A DNA stretch of 64,000 nucleotides from Amoebidium appalachense (taxonomy: Eukaryota > Protista > Ichthyosporea): assembly GCA_963693365.1 (NCBI GenBank), contig CAVNZM010000002.1:5224259-5288258 (forward strand). The letters run 5' to 3'. Shown one piece after another: positions 1 through 11,156 of the stretch (positions are counted from its first letter, which is position 1; every line of letters begins with the position of its first letter). The notes beneath the pieces were generated by a model that saw only the letters and a program-made list of their open reading frames with translations, was not told the DNA's origin and ran no database searches. The position numbers were made by a program, and so were the translations under genes.

Positions 1-3000
1 ACCGCGCGCCACACGGCCACCCCAGCACCAGCTATTGCCCCGGTCCTCTCCCCTTCCCCTGTTCCCCTCCCTGCACTCGCTGCTATGCAGGAGGAGGAGA
101 AGGAGGACACCGTACCTGCCGGTTTTTGCAGCGATAATGAGGACAGTGGGTATGAAACAGACACCACGATGGTTATTAGTGGCCCCGCTCGCACCACCAC
201 CGCCACCTCCGCGGAGCCACCCACAGCCGAAAGTGGTGCCCCAACATCACAGGCCCCTTCGGCAGTGCCCACACAGCACCCATGGTCACCCTACAAGAAT
301 GCTGGGGCAGCCACCTACGAGGTGTGGCACCGCCGTTTAGGCCACATCAATTCGGGCTATCTGCTGCGCATGTCGAAAGGTGGTATGGTCGACGGGCTAC
401 AACTCACCAGCAGCATTCCCCGGTCCGACACCCAACAACTGTGTGAGGGGTGCATTTTGGGCAAGGCCAAGGACCAGCCGTATCCTACCACCGGACGCAC
501 GCGCGCTACGGCCCCGCTCGGCATTGTGCATGTTGACCTGGGGGGTCCTTACCCCGAATCCGTTGATCACAAGTTCTACGTCATGTGTGCGCAGTGTGAT
601 GCCACCGACATGTGCTTTGTGTGGTGCCTGAACAACAAGGCCGAGGCTGGGGACATCCTCAAGGCTTTCACCGTGCAGATGGAGCGCCAACACAACTACC
701 GAGTCGGCATTTTTCGCCACGATGGGGGGGAACTCACCGCCAAGCATTTTCGCAGTTTTTGCGAACAGCTGGGGATTGTGCAGCAACAGACCGCACCATA
801 TCAACACGGCCAGAATGGTAAGGCAGAGTGGCTGGTCGGCTTCATCGTGAAGATGGCGTGCACCCTAATGGCCAGCGTACCCGGGTTTCCGCGCCACCAC
901 TGGCCTTCCGCCGTCCAGACAGCCACCTACGTGTCCAATATGACCCCACACAAGGCCACGTTTGACAAAACTCCGTTTGAGGCATTTTATGGCATCAAGC
1001 CCAACGTCTCCCACCTACGAGTCTTTGGTTGCCTGGCCTACCCCACTATCCCAGCCGAGAAACGTAGCAACAAATTGGCCCCACGCGCCGAACGCGGCAT
1101 TTTGATTGGCTACGGCAGCGACGGGGGGGTGCAGGTGAAGGGATACCGCATATTGCTGGCCACCGAAAAGGGCTTTGGGAAGGTCGTGGTGAGGAGGAGT
1201 GTGGTGTTCGACGAGGGTATGACCCTGCACAAGGGCACCCCGACCCCCTTCAGCCCCTCTACACCCACCAGCGTGTCGCACGATTCGCTGACTCCGGCAG
1301 CCAATCAGATCGAGCCACCAGTACGCCAGCCACCCGTTGATCCTGCCACAGCGGGCGAAGCTGTACCACACACACCACCGTGCACACCGGCTACCCAGGC
1401 AACCACACAGGAGGAGACTGCACCAGTTGCAAGTGCACAGCAACGGGCTACTTCCCCTGCGACAGCACCAACCAATCGGCGCGTGCGGATTGGGGGGGGG
1501 AGGTTGTGCCTACCCACCACCAGCCACCTAGGACCCGTAGTGGCCGTGTGTTCAACTCTAGTGAGCACGTGGGTGGTGGACGCATGCGCGACAACAGCAA
1601 GGTGCTAGCCATGACGGCAGCAGCCAGTGCTCTGGCCAGCACCACCACCAGCGGCAGCAACAGTGATGGCACCGGCATGACCGAGCCCATCTACTATGTA
1701 GCCGACGTGCCCATACCAAATTCGCTGAGGGAGGCACGTGCGTCATCTTTTGCACCACAGTGGGAGGAGGCCATGCATGCAGAGCTAGAAAAGCTGGACA
1801 AGTACGGCACCTACTCACTAGTAGACCCCCCGCCAGGCTGCAAGCCAATCAAAGTGCGATGGGTGTATGACGTCAAGACCAACGCCAACAACGCTGTTAT
1901 CCGCTTCCGGGCCCGCCTAGTGGCTAAGGGATACACCCAGAGGCCGGGTCTGGACTACACCGAGACCTTCTGCTCCACCGCCAACCCCGCCACAACACGC
2001 TACATCATCGCGCTTGCTGCTGAGCTCGGCCATCACCTATGCTACTTCGATGTGGACAGCGCATTCCTCAACGCGCCACTGCAGGAGGAGATCTACATGT
2101 GCCAGCCTGAGGGTTTCGTCATACCAGGCAAGGAGGGAATGGTGTGCATTTTGCACAAGGCCATCTACGGGCTCAAGCAGGCAGCACACGAGTGGATGGA
2201 GACTTTTGCTGCCGGCCTGCGCACCATTGGCTGGGTGCGCACCGAGGCCGACCCCTCCCTCTTCACCCGCGGGACAGACAGCCCGGGCACCAACAAGCAG
2301 CTTATGGTGGTGCACATTAACGACATGGTGTGCAAGGTAACTACCGAGGAGGATGGCAACTTGCTGGAGCAGGAGCTCTCGGGCATCTTCCACATCAAGA
2401 AGGGTGGCAGCAGTTTTGTGGGGGTGGAGATCAACAAACTGAGCACTGGCGCCATCAAGATCCATCAAGCCCCCTACGCACAACAGGTGCTCGAGCGCTA
2501 CGGCATGGCTGACTGCAAGCCTGTGGACACACCCATGACACTGGATAAGCTCAGCAAGACCCAGTGCCCAGCAACCCGGGAGGAGGTGGCAGCAATGGCT
2601 ACCGATGCAGCTGTGTACCAGGCCATTGTCGGCAGCGTGATGTATCTGGCCGTGTGGACCCGCCCGGACATTGCCGCCCCTGTGAGCGTGCTTGCGCGAT
2701 TTCTCAGCAACCCCGGGCAGGACCACCTTGCCGCCGCCAAACGTGTGCTGCGCTACATCAAGGGCACCATTGACCACGGCATCACCTACCGCCGGTCCAC
2801 CAGCGCGGACACCAAGGGGCAGGTTGTTTGTTACGTGGATGCTGATTGGGCGGGAAACCCAGACAACCGCCGCTCAACGACAGGTGTGGTGTTTCTTGCT
2901 GCTAGGGGTGCCATTTTGTGGGCATCCAAGCTGCAGACCGTGGTGGCAGACAGCACCGCAGAGGCCGAGTATGTGAGCGCAGCCCGTGCTACCAAGGAGG

Positions 3001-3311
3001 CCCTGTGGTTGCGCAAACTGACTACCGCCTGCGGCTTCCCTCCTATTAGCCCCACCATCCTGCACGAGGACAACCAGGCCTGCATCAAGATAGCCAAGAA
3101 CCCCGAGTTGTTCAACCGCACGAAGCATATCGACATCAAGTACCACCTCACTCGCCACCACGTCCGTCGCGGCGACATTTGCTTTGTGTACGTGCCGACC
3201 AATGAGCAGGCGGCAGACATGCTCACCAAAGCACTCGGGGGTGCAGCTCTCAACAACTGCAAGAAGATGGTGGGCATGGACACGTGCGACAAGTCATCGC
3301 GAAAGGTGTAG
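1..3311 (+). pseudogene. Copia pol (integrase-RT-RNase H), frameshifted, catalytic motif mutated
   Basis: ORFs 85-1608 and 1380-3311 switch frame near the G9 run at 1492-1500. RT YVDD motif reads HIND at 2313-2324. Confidence 0.85.
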
Positions 3312-3456
3312 AAGAAGTGAGCGAATATTTGTGGCTATGCAACAAGGGGTGCGAGTGATTGTGTTTTCATTAATATTTATTCGCTAATTTCTATTGGTGC
3401 ACATTTATTCGCTAAAATTTGTATTGCAGTATTTCGTGCCCTAATGTTGTAAGGGG

Positions 3457-4234
3457 TGTGCCAGAATATACAACAATAGTGCACGAGTTGGCATATGCAT
3501 TTCGCACGCACGTGCACAGCACGATACTTCATTAGTTGCACATCTTTGGTTTACACAGGTTGCACGAGCACATAGCATACATAGTTAGGTACGATAGTTT
3601 ATTTGTGCTTTATCTCCCTTTATTTCATAAGCATGTCCGGCATGCTCTTGTTTGCCCTCTGTTATTCATTAGGCACGTGTGGTATTCATAGTTTGTTTAG
3701 CTATTGGCGATAGCGAGAGGAAAGCACGCATCCGACGATTGTTGTGCATGCTTTTCATGTTTTCTGTGTAGTCGGGTGTTTTGTCTGCGATTGGACCGTA
3801 TGAGGGGAATGCAGTTTGATTTCCGTTCATGTACGTGTCGTTATATGATTGGTCAGATTTATAGTATTCATAGTATTTGCCAATCAGATGCGCAAATACC
3901 TTTGGATAGATCTGTATTCATGGAATCTGCCTGCGGCAGATAAATAGGTGAGAATCGAGCATAATAAATTAGACGTAGATTGACAGAACATGCAACTGTG
4001 TTTCTACCTCTCCACACTACCCTCTCTGTTAGTGCTGTGGCATCGTGCATTGCCCAGCACCACTCTGCACGTGTTTATGTCTGTTAGTTTAGTGGCCTGA
4101 TCACCCACGTATACTCTCATTCATATGCATGTGTGCCTAGGTACGTGTTAGTTGTAGTGTGTACACTCTGCTAGTCAGGCGAGAATAGTAGGGGCTTTTG
4201 CCGTAACTCAGCACTTTTCTTGCATTACCAGACA
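3457..4234 (+). repeat. Probable 3' LTR of copia #1
   Basis: Starts TG right after the PPT; AT-richer non-coding sequence. End at ...ACCAGACA (4234) is a guess because the partner LTR is outside the window. Confidence 0.45.
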
Positions 4235-5314
4235 GTGGTCCGGGGCTGCCCATATCCCAAGTTGCCTACTCCCCAGTCGATCCAACAAACGGAACAATGG
4301 ACACGGGTATGAATCCCCCCCCCCCCCCCCCCCCCCCCCCGGCGGCCTCCTCCCCCCTCCCCACCAACACCACCACCACCACCACACACTCCCTGGACAA
4401 GTCAGAATGATATGTTTAATTTCTACCATTGGATGAAGAAAGAACATCACTAAGACCTTTAGCAGTCGAGTGCATGCATAGGCACCCCCGTGTGTTACAA
4501 AAAGTCGATCCATGATGGCCAGCTCCGCCTCAGTCAGTTGAGTAGCTCTAGTTTGTAAGTATTGGAGTTGCAACCACATAAAATTTTAGAGTGTAATAAG
4601 GCGACATATGTAGAAGAAACACAGTCAGGAACCAAATTTCCATAATCATGATTTCGACTGGGTGGATCAGTGAAAGAAAACCGACACCCCTGATAAAATT
4701 TCTTCACACTATCTGCAATGATCAATTTGCAAAAACATCTGACTATTAGGGCTGACACTTGCACAAACAACCCACTTACGACCATGCACTATTTTCACTG
4801 TAACTTGACCCTGATCCTCGAAATTCAAAATACACTCAATCTGATTCAAACATGGTTCCATGGATGAACAGTTTTTACATGTTACAGCCTTGCCCAAGGT
4901 ATGTGTTGTGTAAGAATGGGTTCAATAGGAATTCCAACCTCAGTGGCATCTCAGTCACTGATCTAAACGGGCCGGGGCACCCACACAGGTCATTTTCTCC
5001 AGGGTTGCTACGTGCACAACGGCACCACACCAGCACTCACTGGCTCTATGCTTACATTAAGCAGCATGACTGCCGACCGGTGCCGTGAGTTTTGCAAAAC
5101 CTCGGGAGAGCAATTCTGGTTTTATGGCATCACCGGAGGAAACCAGTGCACATGCGGCGGACATCGGGGGCACACGTGTGCCTATGAGTTCGTGCCATTT
5201 TGCCTGCAATACAACAGCGGCTATGTATTATTTTTGTGTTGCTTGTTAGTATCATAGTCTTTGGGGTTAGTTAATACACTGTACTTAGGATGCGGCGGGG
5301 ACCAGGCGAGGATA

Positions 5315-6079
5315 TGTTGGACATTGTGTTCATAGAAGCTAGTTCTAGTGCACGTTGTTCCTTCTGTAAGTCAGAAATGATTGCATCTTGTGAGGCCAAC
5401 CTCTGCTCCAGTAGTTGGACTAGTTGCTGCAACTGTAAGTTGTCAGACATAGTGTCGTGTATGATGGGTAACTAGTCTATGTGTTTTGTGCACTGGAAAC
5501 GACAGTAGAAAAGTGTAAATCAAACGTTCTGCTTCCCATGTTTGTGACATGGGAGGCACTGCTTTATATAGTCGTTGGCCACCTCATGGTGGCCTCGTGT
5601 GCACCCTGGTGGTGGGCCATGTACAGCATGGCCGAAAAGAGAGCACAATGAAAACAAGTCGTTAAAGATATAAAAGTTAACTGTGCACGTTGAGTGGCTA
5701 GTTAACTTGCACTAAAGCACACAAATAAACGTGTTTAACACACCAATTGCAGTTAAACGTAAATCTTGCTTCACACAACTAAAAATATTCTGAGAATATC
5801 CGGGAATAAAGCACACTACCACTCTAAGAATAGAATCCTGTGGCAAATATAGACATGACATCATCTGAACCGGGAATATTAATTAATGAGCACAATTAGC
5901 ACGTTGCTAGTGAAGCTCGTCATTGGTACAGTTTTGGCTCAAACATATAACTACCATATATGAATATGACCGTAAACAAAAGCTCTATGCACTCGAGTGA
6001 GTGTTGAAACAGTTATTCAATTGCTCAGAAACTTTCTCTAACAGACATTGCTAGCCGGGAGTACCAGTGTACTCCAACA
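5315..6079 (-). repeat. 3' LTR of copia #2
   Basis: Direct repeat of 10392-11156; one substitution found by eye (TTGAAAC vs TTGATAC). Confidence 0.97.
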
Positions 6080-6088
6080 CCCCTACTC
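6080..6088 (-). other. Polypurine tract of copia #2
   Basis: Minus strand GAGTAGGGG immediately before the 3' LTR. Confidence 0.75.
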
Positions 6089-6264
6089 AATTGGATAATT
6101 GTGGTATGAATTAATGCAACTGAGCTCGAGTGCTTCAGGTGCACAAAATACAGACAATAAAGATTCCCCTACTCAATTTTAGTATGGTACACGTAGTTGC
6201 ACAGTCGGATGCAACTCTCTCCCCCCCCTGAAGTATGAGGGCGCAGTTGGTTGATGACGGGTGC

Positions 6265-9200
6265 TCAGCACATGTTGAGCATCCCCACGGCCTTGGTGAA
6301 GAAAGAGGCAGACAGGGCCTTGGTGAACATGTCGGCCTTGTTGTCAGCAGAAGCCACCGGGACCACAGTGATGTTGCCCAGCAGGTGATGTTCCTTGACG
6401 GAGCAGTAGCGGACGTCGATGTGCTTGGTCTTGGGCTTAACCCCCAGGGTGTCCAGCAGGGCCCGGGCAGACTCATTGTCCCCATGGATGGGCACCGGGG
6501 TGGGCTCATTGATAGGATTAAGGCCCAGGTCGTCCATCACATAGTTGAGCCATAGGGCCTCGTTCGTAGCAGCAGACATGGCCACAAATTCAGCCTCAGT
6601 GGAGCTGTGGGTGGTGATGGACTGGAGCCGAGACACCCAGGACACAGGGGAGGAGTTTATGAAGAAGACATAGCCCGTGGTGGAGCGCCGGGTGTCGCGG
6701 TCCTCGGCGTAGTCGGAGTCGGAGTAGCCAACAAGGTTGGGGGGGCCGGGACGGTAGACAATACCCAGGTCGATGGTGGCCAGCAGGTAGCTTACAACTC
6801 TGGTAGCCATAGTCCAGTGGGTGACGGTGGGCGCATGAATGTGTCGAGTAAGGACTCCCAGAGCCTGGGAAATGTCGGGGCGGGTGGTACGCGCAATCCA
6901 CAGCAGGGCACCGACCAGGCTGGCATAGTCCTCCTTCTTGCTGTAGGCTGGGGTCTTGTTGCTTTCACTGGCCTGGCCCGGGACGATGGGGGTCTTGGTG
7001 CCGGACATGTGGGTGAGACGAAAACGGGCAGCCAAGTCGATGATGTGTTGACGATGGCCCAGACGCAGAGACCCGTCCTCCAGCCAGGTAAGAGTGTGCC
7101 CGATGAGCAGGGTAGGACGACCCAGGTCCTTGGCAGAGAAACGAGCATCCAGCTTGGTGAAAAAATCGTCGATGAGCGCATCAGTGGCGGCCGTCACGGT
7201 GAAGTCATCCACGTAGGCAGCAAGGGCAATAAATGTTGGGGTCCCGGCATTCTTGATGAACAGGCACGGGTCAGCAGCACTCACAATGAAGCCTTGGTCG
7301 AGGAGATGGTCACGGAGGGCCTCATACCACTGGCGCGGTGCCTGTTTTAGGCCGTAGAGCGCCTTGTGGAGCAAGCCGACAGCATGGGGGGCCGAGGGGT
7401 TGACGAAGCCAGGGGGCTGCTCAATGTAGATGGTCTCGTTGACGGTGCCGTTGAGGAATGCTGTGTTGACGTCGATGTGGCGCAGAGGCAGACCTTGGGC
7501 CACGGAGGTAGCCAAAACCAGCCGGATGGTAGCCAGCGCAGCCACAGGTGACTCGGTGACGAAATAGTCCTGGCCAGGCTGCTGGTAGTTGCCCCGGGCC
7601 ACAAGCCGGGCCTTGAAAGCAGTGACGTTGCCGACGTTGTCCTGCTTGACCGTAAAGACCCAGCCGACCGGAATGACAGTGGAGCCATCCTCTGGACGGG
7701 GCACAAGGGTGAAGGTGCCGTTGTCTTCCAGGGCCTTGAGCTCACGGTGTGCAGCCTCCTCCCATTTCAGACGCTGGGGACTCTTGAGTGCAGCCCGGAC
7801 AGTCTTGGGGACAACAATGGTGGAAGCCTTGATGGGTGTTGATGCAGGAGCCGTAGCCTGGGGGGCAAGGGGGGCCGTAGCAGCAGCCACGTTGGCAGTC
7901 GGGCCTCGACGTTGGTCGTTGTACACAGCGCCACTACGGGTCGTCCGGGGGAGCCGATGTGCAGGCTCGGGCAGGATCGGAATGTCCAATTGATCACTCG
8001 GCGCTGTCCCATTGGCTGACAGACGAGACGAATCAGATTGCTGATCATTCCGGACGATGTGATTGGCTGGCTGATTTGACGAATCAGATGACTCCAAAAA
8101 ATGATGAATTGCCGGTGCGGTCGACCAATCAGATGGGACATCACGGAGGGGGTGCAGAATAGCAGCCTCGTCGAACTGCACGTCACGGCTGACGGTCATC
8201 TTGTGTGCTGCTGGAATCCAGACCTTGTAGCCCTTGATGTTAGGAGGGTAGCCCACGAAGATGCCCTTGACGGCACGAGGCGCCAGTTTCGGTGTATCCT
8301 GTTGATGGATGTAGCAGGGAGAGCCCCAGACACGGAGCCGGCTGTAGTCGGGAGGAATGCCGGTCCACAGCAGGGCGGGAGACGATTGGCTGCCGGTGGC
8401 TCGCGACGGGAGCATGTTGCGTATAAAAGCCGCGGTCACAGCTGCCTCGGCCCAGAATCCCACCGGAAGGCCGGACTGCTGCAGGAGTGCCCGAACCATG
8501 TCGAGGAGGGTCCGGTTCAGTCGTTCGGCAGTCCCATTAATGCCATGCTCACGGTTGTAGTCCCCGAAGGCCGTGCCCATGTACTCGCCCCCCCCGTCGG
8601 ACTGAAACACCTGCATGGGAACACCGTGTTGGGTAACCGCCGCCTTGTGGTACGTCACATATGCAGCCAGTGTGTCCGACTTCTTGACGAGGGGCACGGC
8701 CGTGGTGTGGCCGGTGAATTCGTCGTGGAACGTCGCCAAGTACTGAGCACCACCGATCGCGGGAGGGAAGGGGCCGCTGATGTCGCTGTGAACCTTGGCT
8801 AGGACCCGGGGAGCTTGGCTAGTTGATTCGGAGAAGGCAACACGGTGGGCTTTGCCGAGGGCACAGGGCTCACACACACCCGGAGACTTGGCACCGCCAC
8901 CCACCAACAGGCCTGCAGACTTGATGACCGAGCGTACAGCGTCAATGCCAGCATGGCCCAGACGGTAGTGCCACGTGTTGAGGTCGGCAGTAACCTTGAG
9001 GATACGCGGAGCAGTGGTGGTTTGGGCGTCCGGGGTTGTGTCCGCGCGCAGAAGAGACACCGCCATGTGGTACAGCTTGGTGCCGACAGCCGAGCCGGTG
9101 GCCAGAATTTGATCGCCGTAGCACAACTTAACGCCGCCGCGGGTGTCAAAGCGGGGTAAAATACCGTTGGTAGTTGCCGTGAACACACTGATGAGAGTGT

Positions 9201-10527
9201 CGGGGATGGAGGGCACGTAGAGTACATCCGTCAGCTGATGCACCGCAGTAACGCCGTCGATGGTGCTGGAAAAGAACACGTCGCCCACCCCAAGCACTGC
9301 ACATGCACCCTTGTCGGCTACTTGGACCGTGGAGTAAGGCGCCGCACGCATGTTGATGAACACATCGGGCCGGGGGCACACATGGTCAGTGGCTCCAGAG
9401 TCGAGGAGCACCTTGTTGGTGCCACAGTCGTTGCTAGACATGAGGAAAGCCCGGGGAGCGGCAGCCCCCCCCTTGCACTGTGCCGTAGTGTGGGTAGTAG
9501 AGGCAGGGTGGTTGATGCAGGACCCAGGCGGGAGGGGACCACCCTTAGGTTTGCGGCCGTTGGCACGGTTGCCCCCCTTGCACATGGCGGTAGTGTGACT
9601 GGTAGACAGTGGGTGGTTGACGCAGGAACCCTTGGGGTAGGTGCTGGCACGGTTGTTGCCAGAGTTGCTGTGTTGGCCGTTGCCGTTGGGGCACTGAGAC
9701 TTGATGTGGCCTGGTTTGCCGCAGCCGTGGCAGATGACAGGTTGAGGAGCCCGTGTGGTGAAGGCGGCCGGCCCGGAGCTGGTAGTCACACGTGCACGTG
9801 GGTGGCTGGTCTCATATGCCCGTAGCTGTTGGAGGAGGCCCATCACGGTAGGCTTGGGTGTCATCTTGTAGGCAATTACAGGCATTTCGTAGTAAGGCAC
9901 CTTGCCGAGGTCGTTGGTGAGCTTGGTCAGCACTTGAGCATCACCAATTTGTGTGCCGTAATCGGCCAGGCGCCGCACGTAGCCGCGGAGTTTCATGGCG
10001 TATTTCGTCGCGGTGTCCGTAGGTTCAGGCGTAGAATTCATGTACAGCCCGATAAGGTCGTACTGATTGGCCTCAGATTGCTCCAGGTAGTGGGCAGATA
10101 GGGCCGACCATATCTCCGCAGGTGTGGTGGTGCGTGTTAACCCTAGGATACAACGCACGTCAACCGAGAGTGCTTGCCACAGGTAGGAACGGGCAGTGTC
10201 GACCTGTTCACGGGTAGCCGGGTGCTCCGTACTGGGCGCGATGGTGTGGAGAAGACCAGCACCAGAAAGCTGGACATACATGGTTTCGGCCCATGTGTGG
10301 TAGTCCGTGCCTGAATCATTATCAATGCCAGTGAAGAGAGGGATGTCGACCTTGAACTTGATGGAATCATTACGTGAGGGGCCCATAACCCTGTTGGACA
10401 TTGTGTTCATAGAAGCTAGTTCTAGTGCACGTTGTTCCTTCTGTAAGTCAGAAATGATTGCATCTTGTGAGGCCAACCTCTGCTCCAGTAGTTGGACTAG
10501 TTGCTGCAACTGTAAGTTGTCAGACAT
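6265..10527 (-). CDS. Copia gag-pol polyprotein, 1420 aa
   Basis: CCHC knuckle CHGCGKPGHIKSQC, protease LLDSGAT, WHYRLGH, integrase SDGGGEY/AERLNRTL, RT AYVDD, RNase H SDSDYA/TKHIDVRY. In-frame deletion in the integrase core. Confidence 0.97.
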   Translation of the reverse strand: MSDNLQLQQLVQLLEQRLASQDAIISDLQKEQRALELASMNTMSNRVMGPSRNDSIKFKVDIPLFTGIDNDSGTDYHTWAETMYVQLSGAGLLHTIAPSTEHPATREQVDTARSYLWQALSVDVRCILGLTRTTTPAEIWSALSAHYLEQSEANQYDLIGLYMNSTPEPTDTATKYAMKLRGYVRRLADYGTQIGDAQVLTKLTNDLGKVPYYEMPVIAYKMTPKPTVMGLLQQLRAYETSHPRARVTTSSGPAAFTTRAPQPVICHGCGKPGHIKSQCPNGNGQHSNSGNNRASTYPKGSCVNHPLSTSHTTAMCKGGNRANGRKPKGGPLPPGSCINHPASTTHTTAQCKGGAAAPRAFLMSSNDCGTNKVLLDSGATDHVCPRPDVFINMRAAPYSTVQVADKGACAVLGVGDVFFSSTIDGVTAVHQLTDVLYVPSIPDTLISVFTATTNGILPRFDTRGGVKLCYGDQILATGSAVGTKLYHMAVSLLRADTTPDAQTTTAPRILKVTADLNTWHYRLGHAGIDAVRSVIKSAGLLVGGGAKSPGVCEPCALGKAHRVAFSESTSQAPRVLAKVHSDISGPFPPAIGGAQYLATFHDEFTGHTTAVPLVKKSDTLAAYVTYHKAAVTQHGVPMQVFQSDGGGEYMGTAFGDYNREHGINGTAERLNRTLLDMVRALLQQSGLPVGFWAEAAVTAAFIRNMLPSRATGSQSSPALLWTGIPPDYSRLRVWGSPCYIHQQDTPKLAPRAVKGIFVGYPPNIKGYKVWIPAAHKMTVSRDVQFDEAAILHPLRDVPSDWSTAPAIHHFLESSDSSNQPANHIVRNDQQSDSSRLSANGTAPSDQLDIPILPEPAHRLPRTTRSGAVYNDQRRGPTANVAAATAPLAPQATAPASTPIKASTIVVPKTVRAALKSPQRLKWEEAAHRELKALEDNGTFTLVPRPEDGSTVIPVGWVFTVKQDNVGNVTAFKARLVARGNYQQPGQDYFVTESPVAALATIRLVLATSVAQGLPLRHIDVNTAFLNGTVNETIYIEQPPGFVNPSAPHAVGLLHKALYGLKQAPRQWYEALRDHLLDQGFIVSAADPCLFIKNAGTPTFIALAAYVDDFTVTAATDALIDDFFTKLDARFSAKDLGRPTLLIGHTLTWLEDGSLRLGHRQHIIDLAARFRLTHMSGTKTPIVPGQASESNKTPAYSKKEDYASLVGALLWIARTTRPDISQALGVLTRHIHAPTVTHWTMATRVVSYLLATIDLGIVYRPGPPNLVGYSDSDYAEDRDTRRSTTGYVFFINSSPVSWVSRLQSITTHSSTEAEFVAMSAATNEALWLNYVMDDLGLNPINEPTPVPIHGDNESARALLDTLGVKPKTKHIDVRYCSVKEHHLLGNITVVPVASADNKADMFTKALSASFFTKAVGMLNMC
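10379..10390 (-). other. Primer-binding site complementary to the anticodon arm of initiator tRNA-Met
   Basis: GGTTATGGGCCC one base after the 5' LTR, matching the Drosophila copia-type half-tRNA PBS; no TGG-type PBS. Confidence 0.85.
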
Positions 10528-11156
10528 AGTGTCGTGTATGATGGGTAACTAGTCTATGTGTTTTGTGCACTGGAAACGACAGTAGAAAAGTGTAAATCAA
10601 ACGTTCTGCTTCCCATGTTTGTGACATGGGAGGCACTGCTTTATATAGTCGTTGGCCACCTCATGGTGGCCTCGTGTGCACCCTGGTGGTGGGCCATGTA
10701 CAGCATGGCCGAAAAGAGAGCACAATGAAAACAAGTCGTTAAAGATATAAAAGTTAACTGTGCACGTTGAGTGGCTAGTTAACTTGCACTAAAGCACACA
10801 AATAAACGTGTTTAACACACCAATTGCAGTTAAACGTAAATCTTGCTTCACACAACTAAAAATATTCTGAGAATATCCGGGAATAAAGCACACTACCACT
10901 CTAAGAATAGAATCCTGTGGCAAATATAGACATGACATCATCTGAACCGGGAATATTAATTAATGAGCACAATTAGCACGTTGCTAGTGAAGCTCGTCAT
11001 TGGTACAGTTTTGGCTCAAACATATAACTACCATATATGAATATGACCGTAAACAAAAGCTCTATGCACTCGAGTGAGTGTTGATACAGTTATTCAATTG
11101 CTCAGAAACTTTCTCTAACAGACATTGCTAGCCGGGAGTACCAGTGTACTCCAACA
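10392..11156 (-). repeat. 5' LTR of copia #2 (contains first ~45 gag codons)
   Basis: Direct repeat of 5315-6079; gag ATG at 10527 lies inside it. Confidence 0.97.
10639..10648 (-). promoter_or_regulatory. LTR TATA box
   Basis: CTATATAAAG on the minus strand ~110 bp upstream of the gag ATG, flanked by three short inverted repeats. Confidence 0.6.

Larger units (their letters stand above)
1..4234 (+). mobile_element. Ty1/copia LTR retrotransposon #1, 5' part outside window, decayed
   Basis: Copia domain order: GAG-pre-integrase (WHRRLGH...CEGC), integrase, RT (RFRARLVAKGYTQRPGLDY, LHKAIYGLKQA), RNase H (DADWAG, TKHIDIKYH). PPT AAGGGG at 3451-3456 followed by TG. Right end uncertain. Confidence 0.9.
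5315..11156 (-). mobile_element. Full-length young Ty1/copia LTR retrotransposon #2 (half-tRNA-primed type)
   Basis: Two 765-bp LTRs with TGTTGGA...TCCAACA ends; GATA on both flanks (5311-5314, 11157-11160); PBS, PPT and a single gag-pol ORF. Confidence 0.98.

Noticed and set aside
1490-1502. Programmed frameshift in copia #1
   Set aside because: It lies between integrase and RT in a G9 run. Copia pol is normally one frame, so mutation or sequencing error is more likely.
6235-10101. Long antisense ORFs over copia #2 (also over copia #1 and the LOX gene)
   Set aside because: Shadow ORFs of GC-rich coding sequence with no recognisable motifs.
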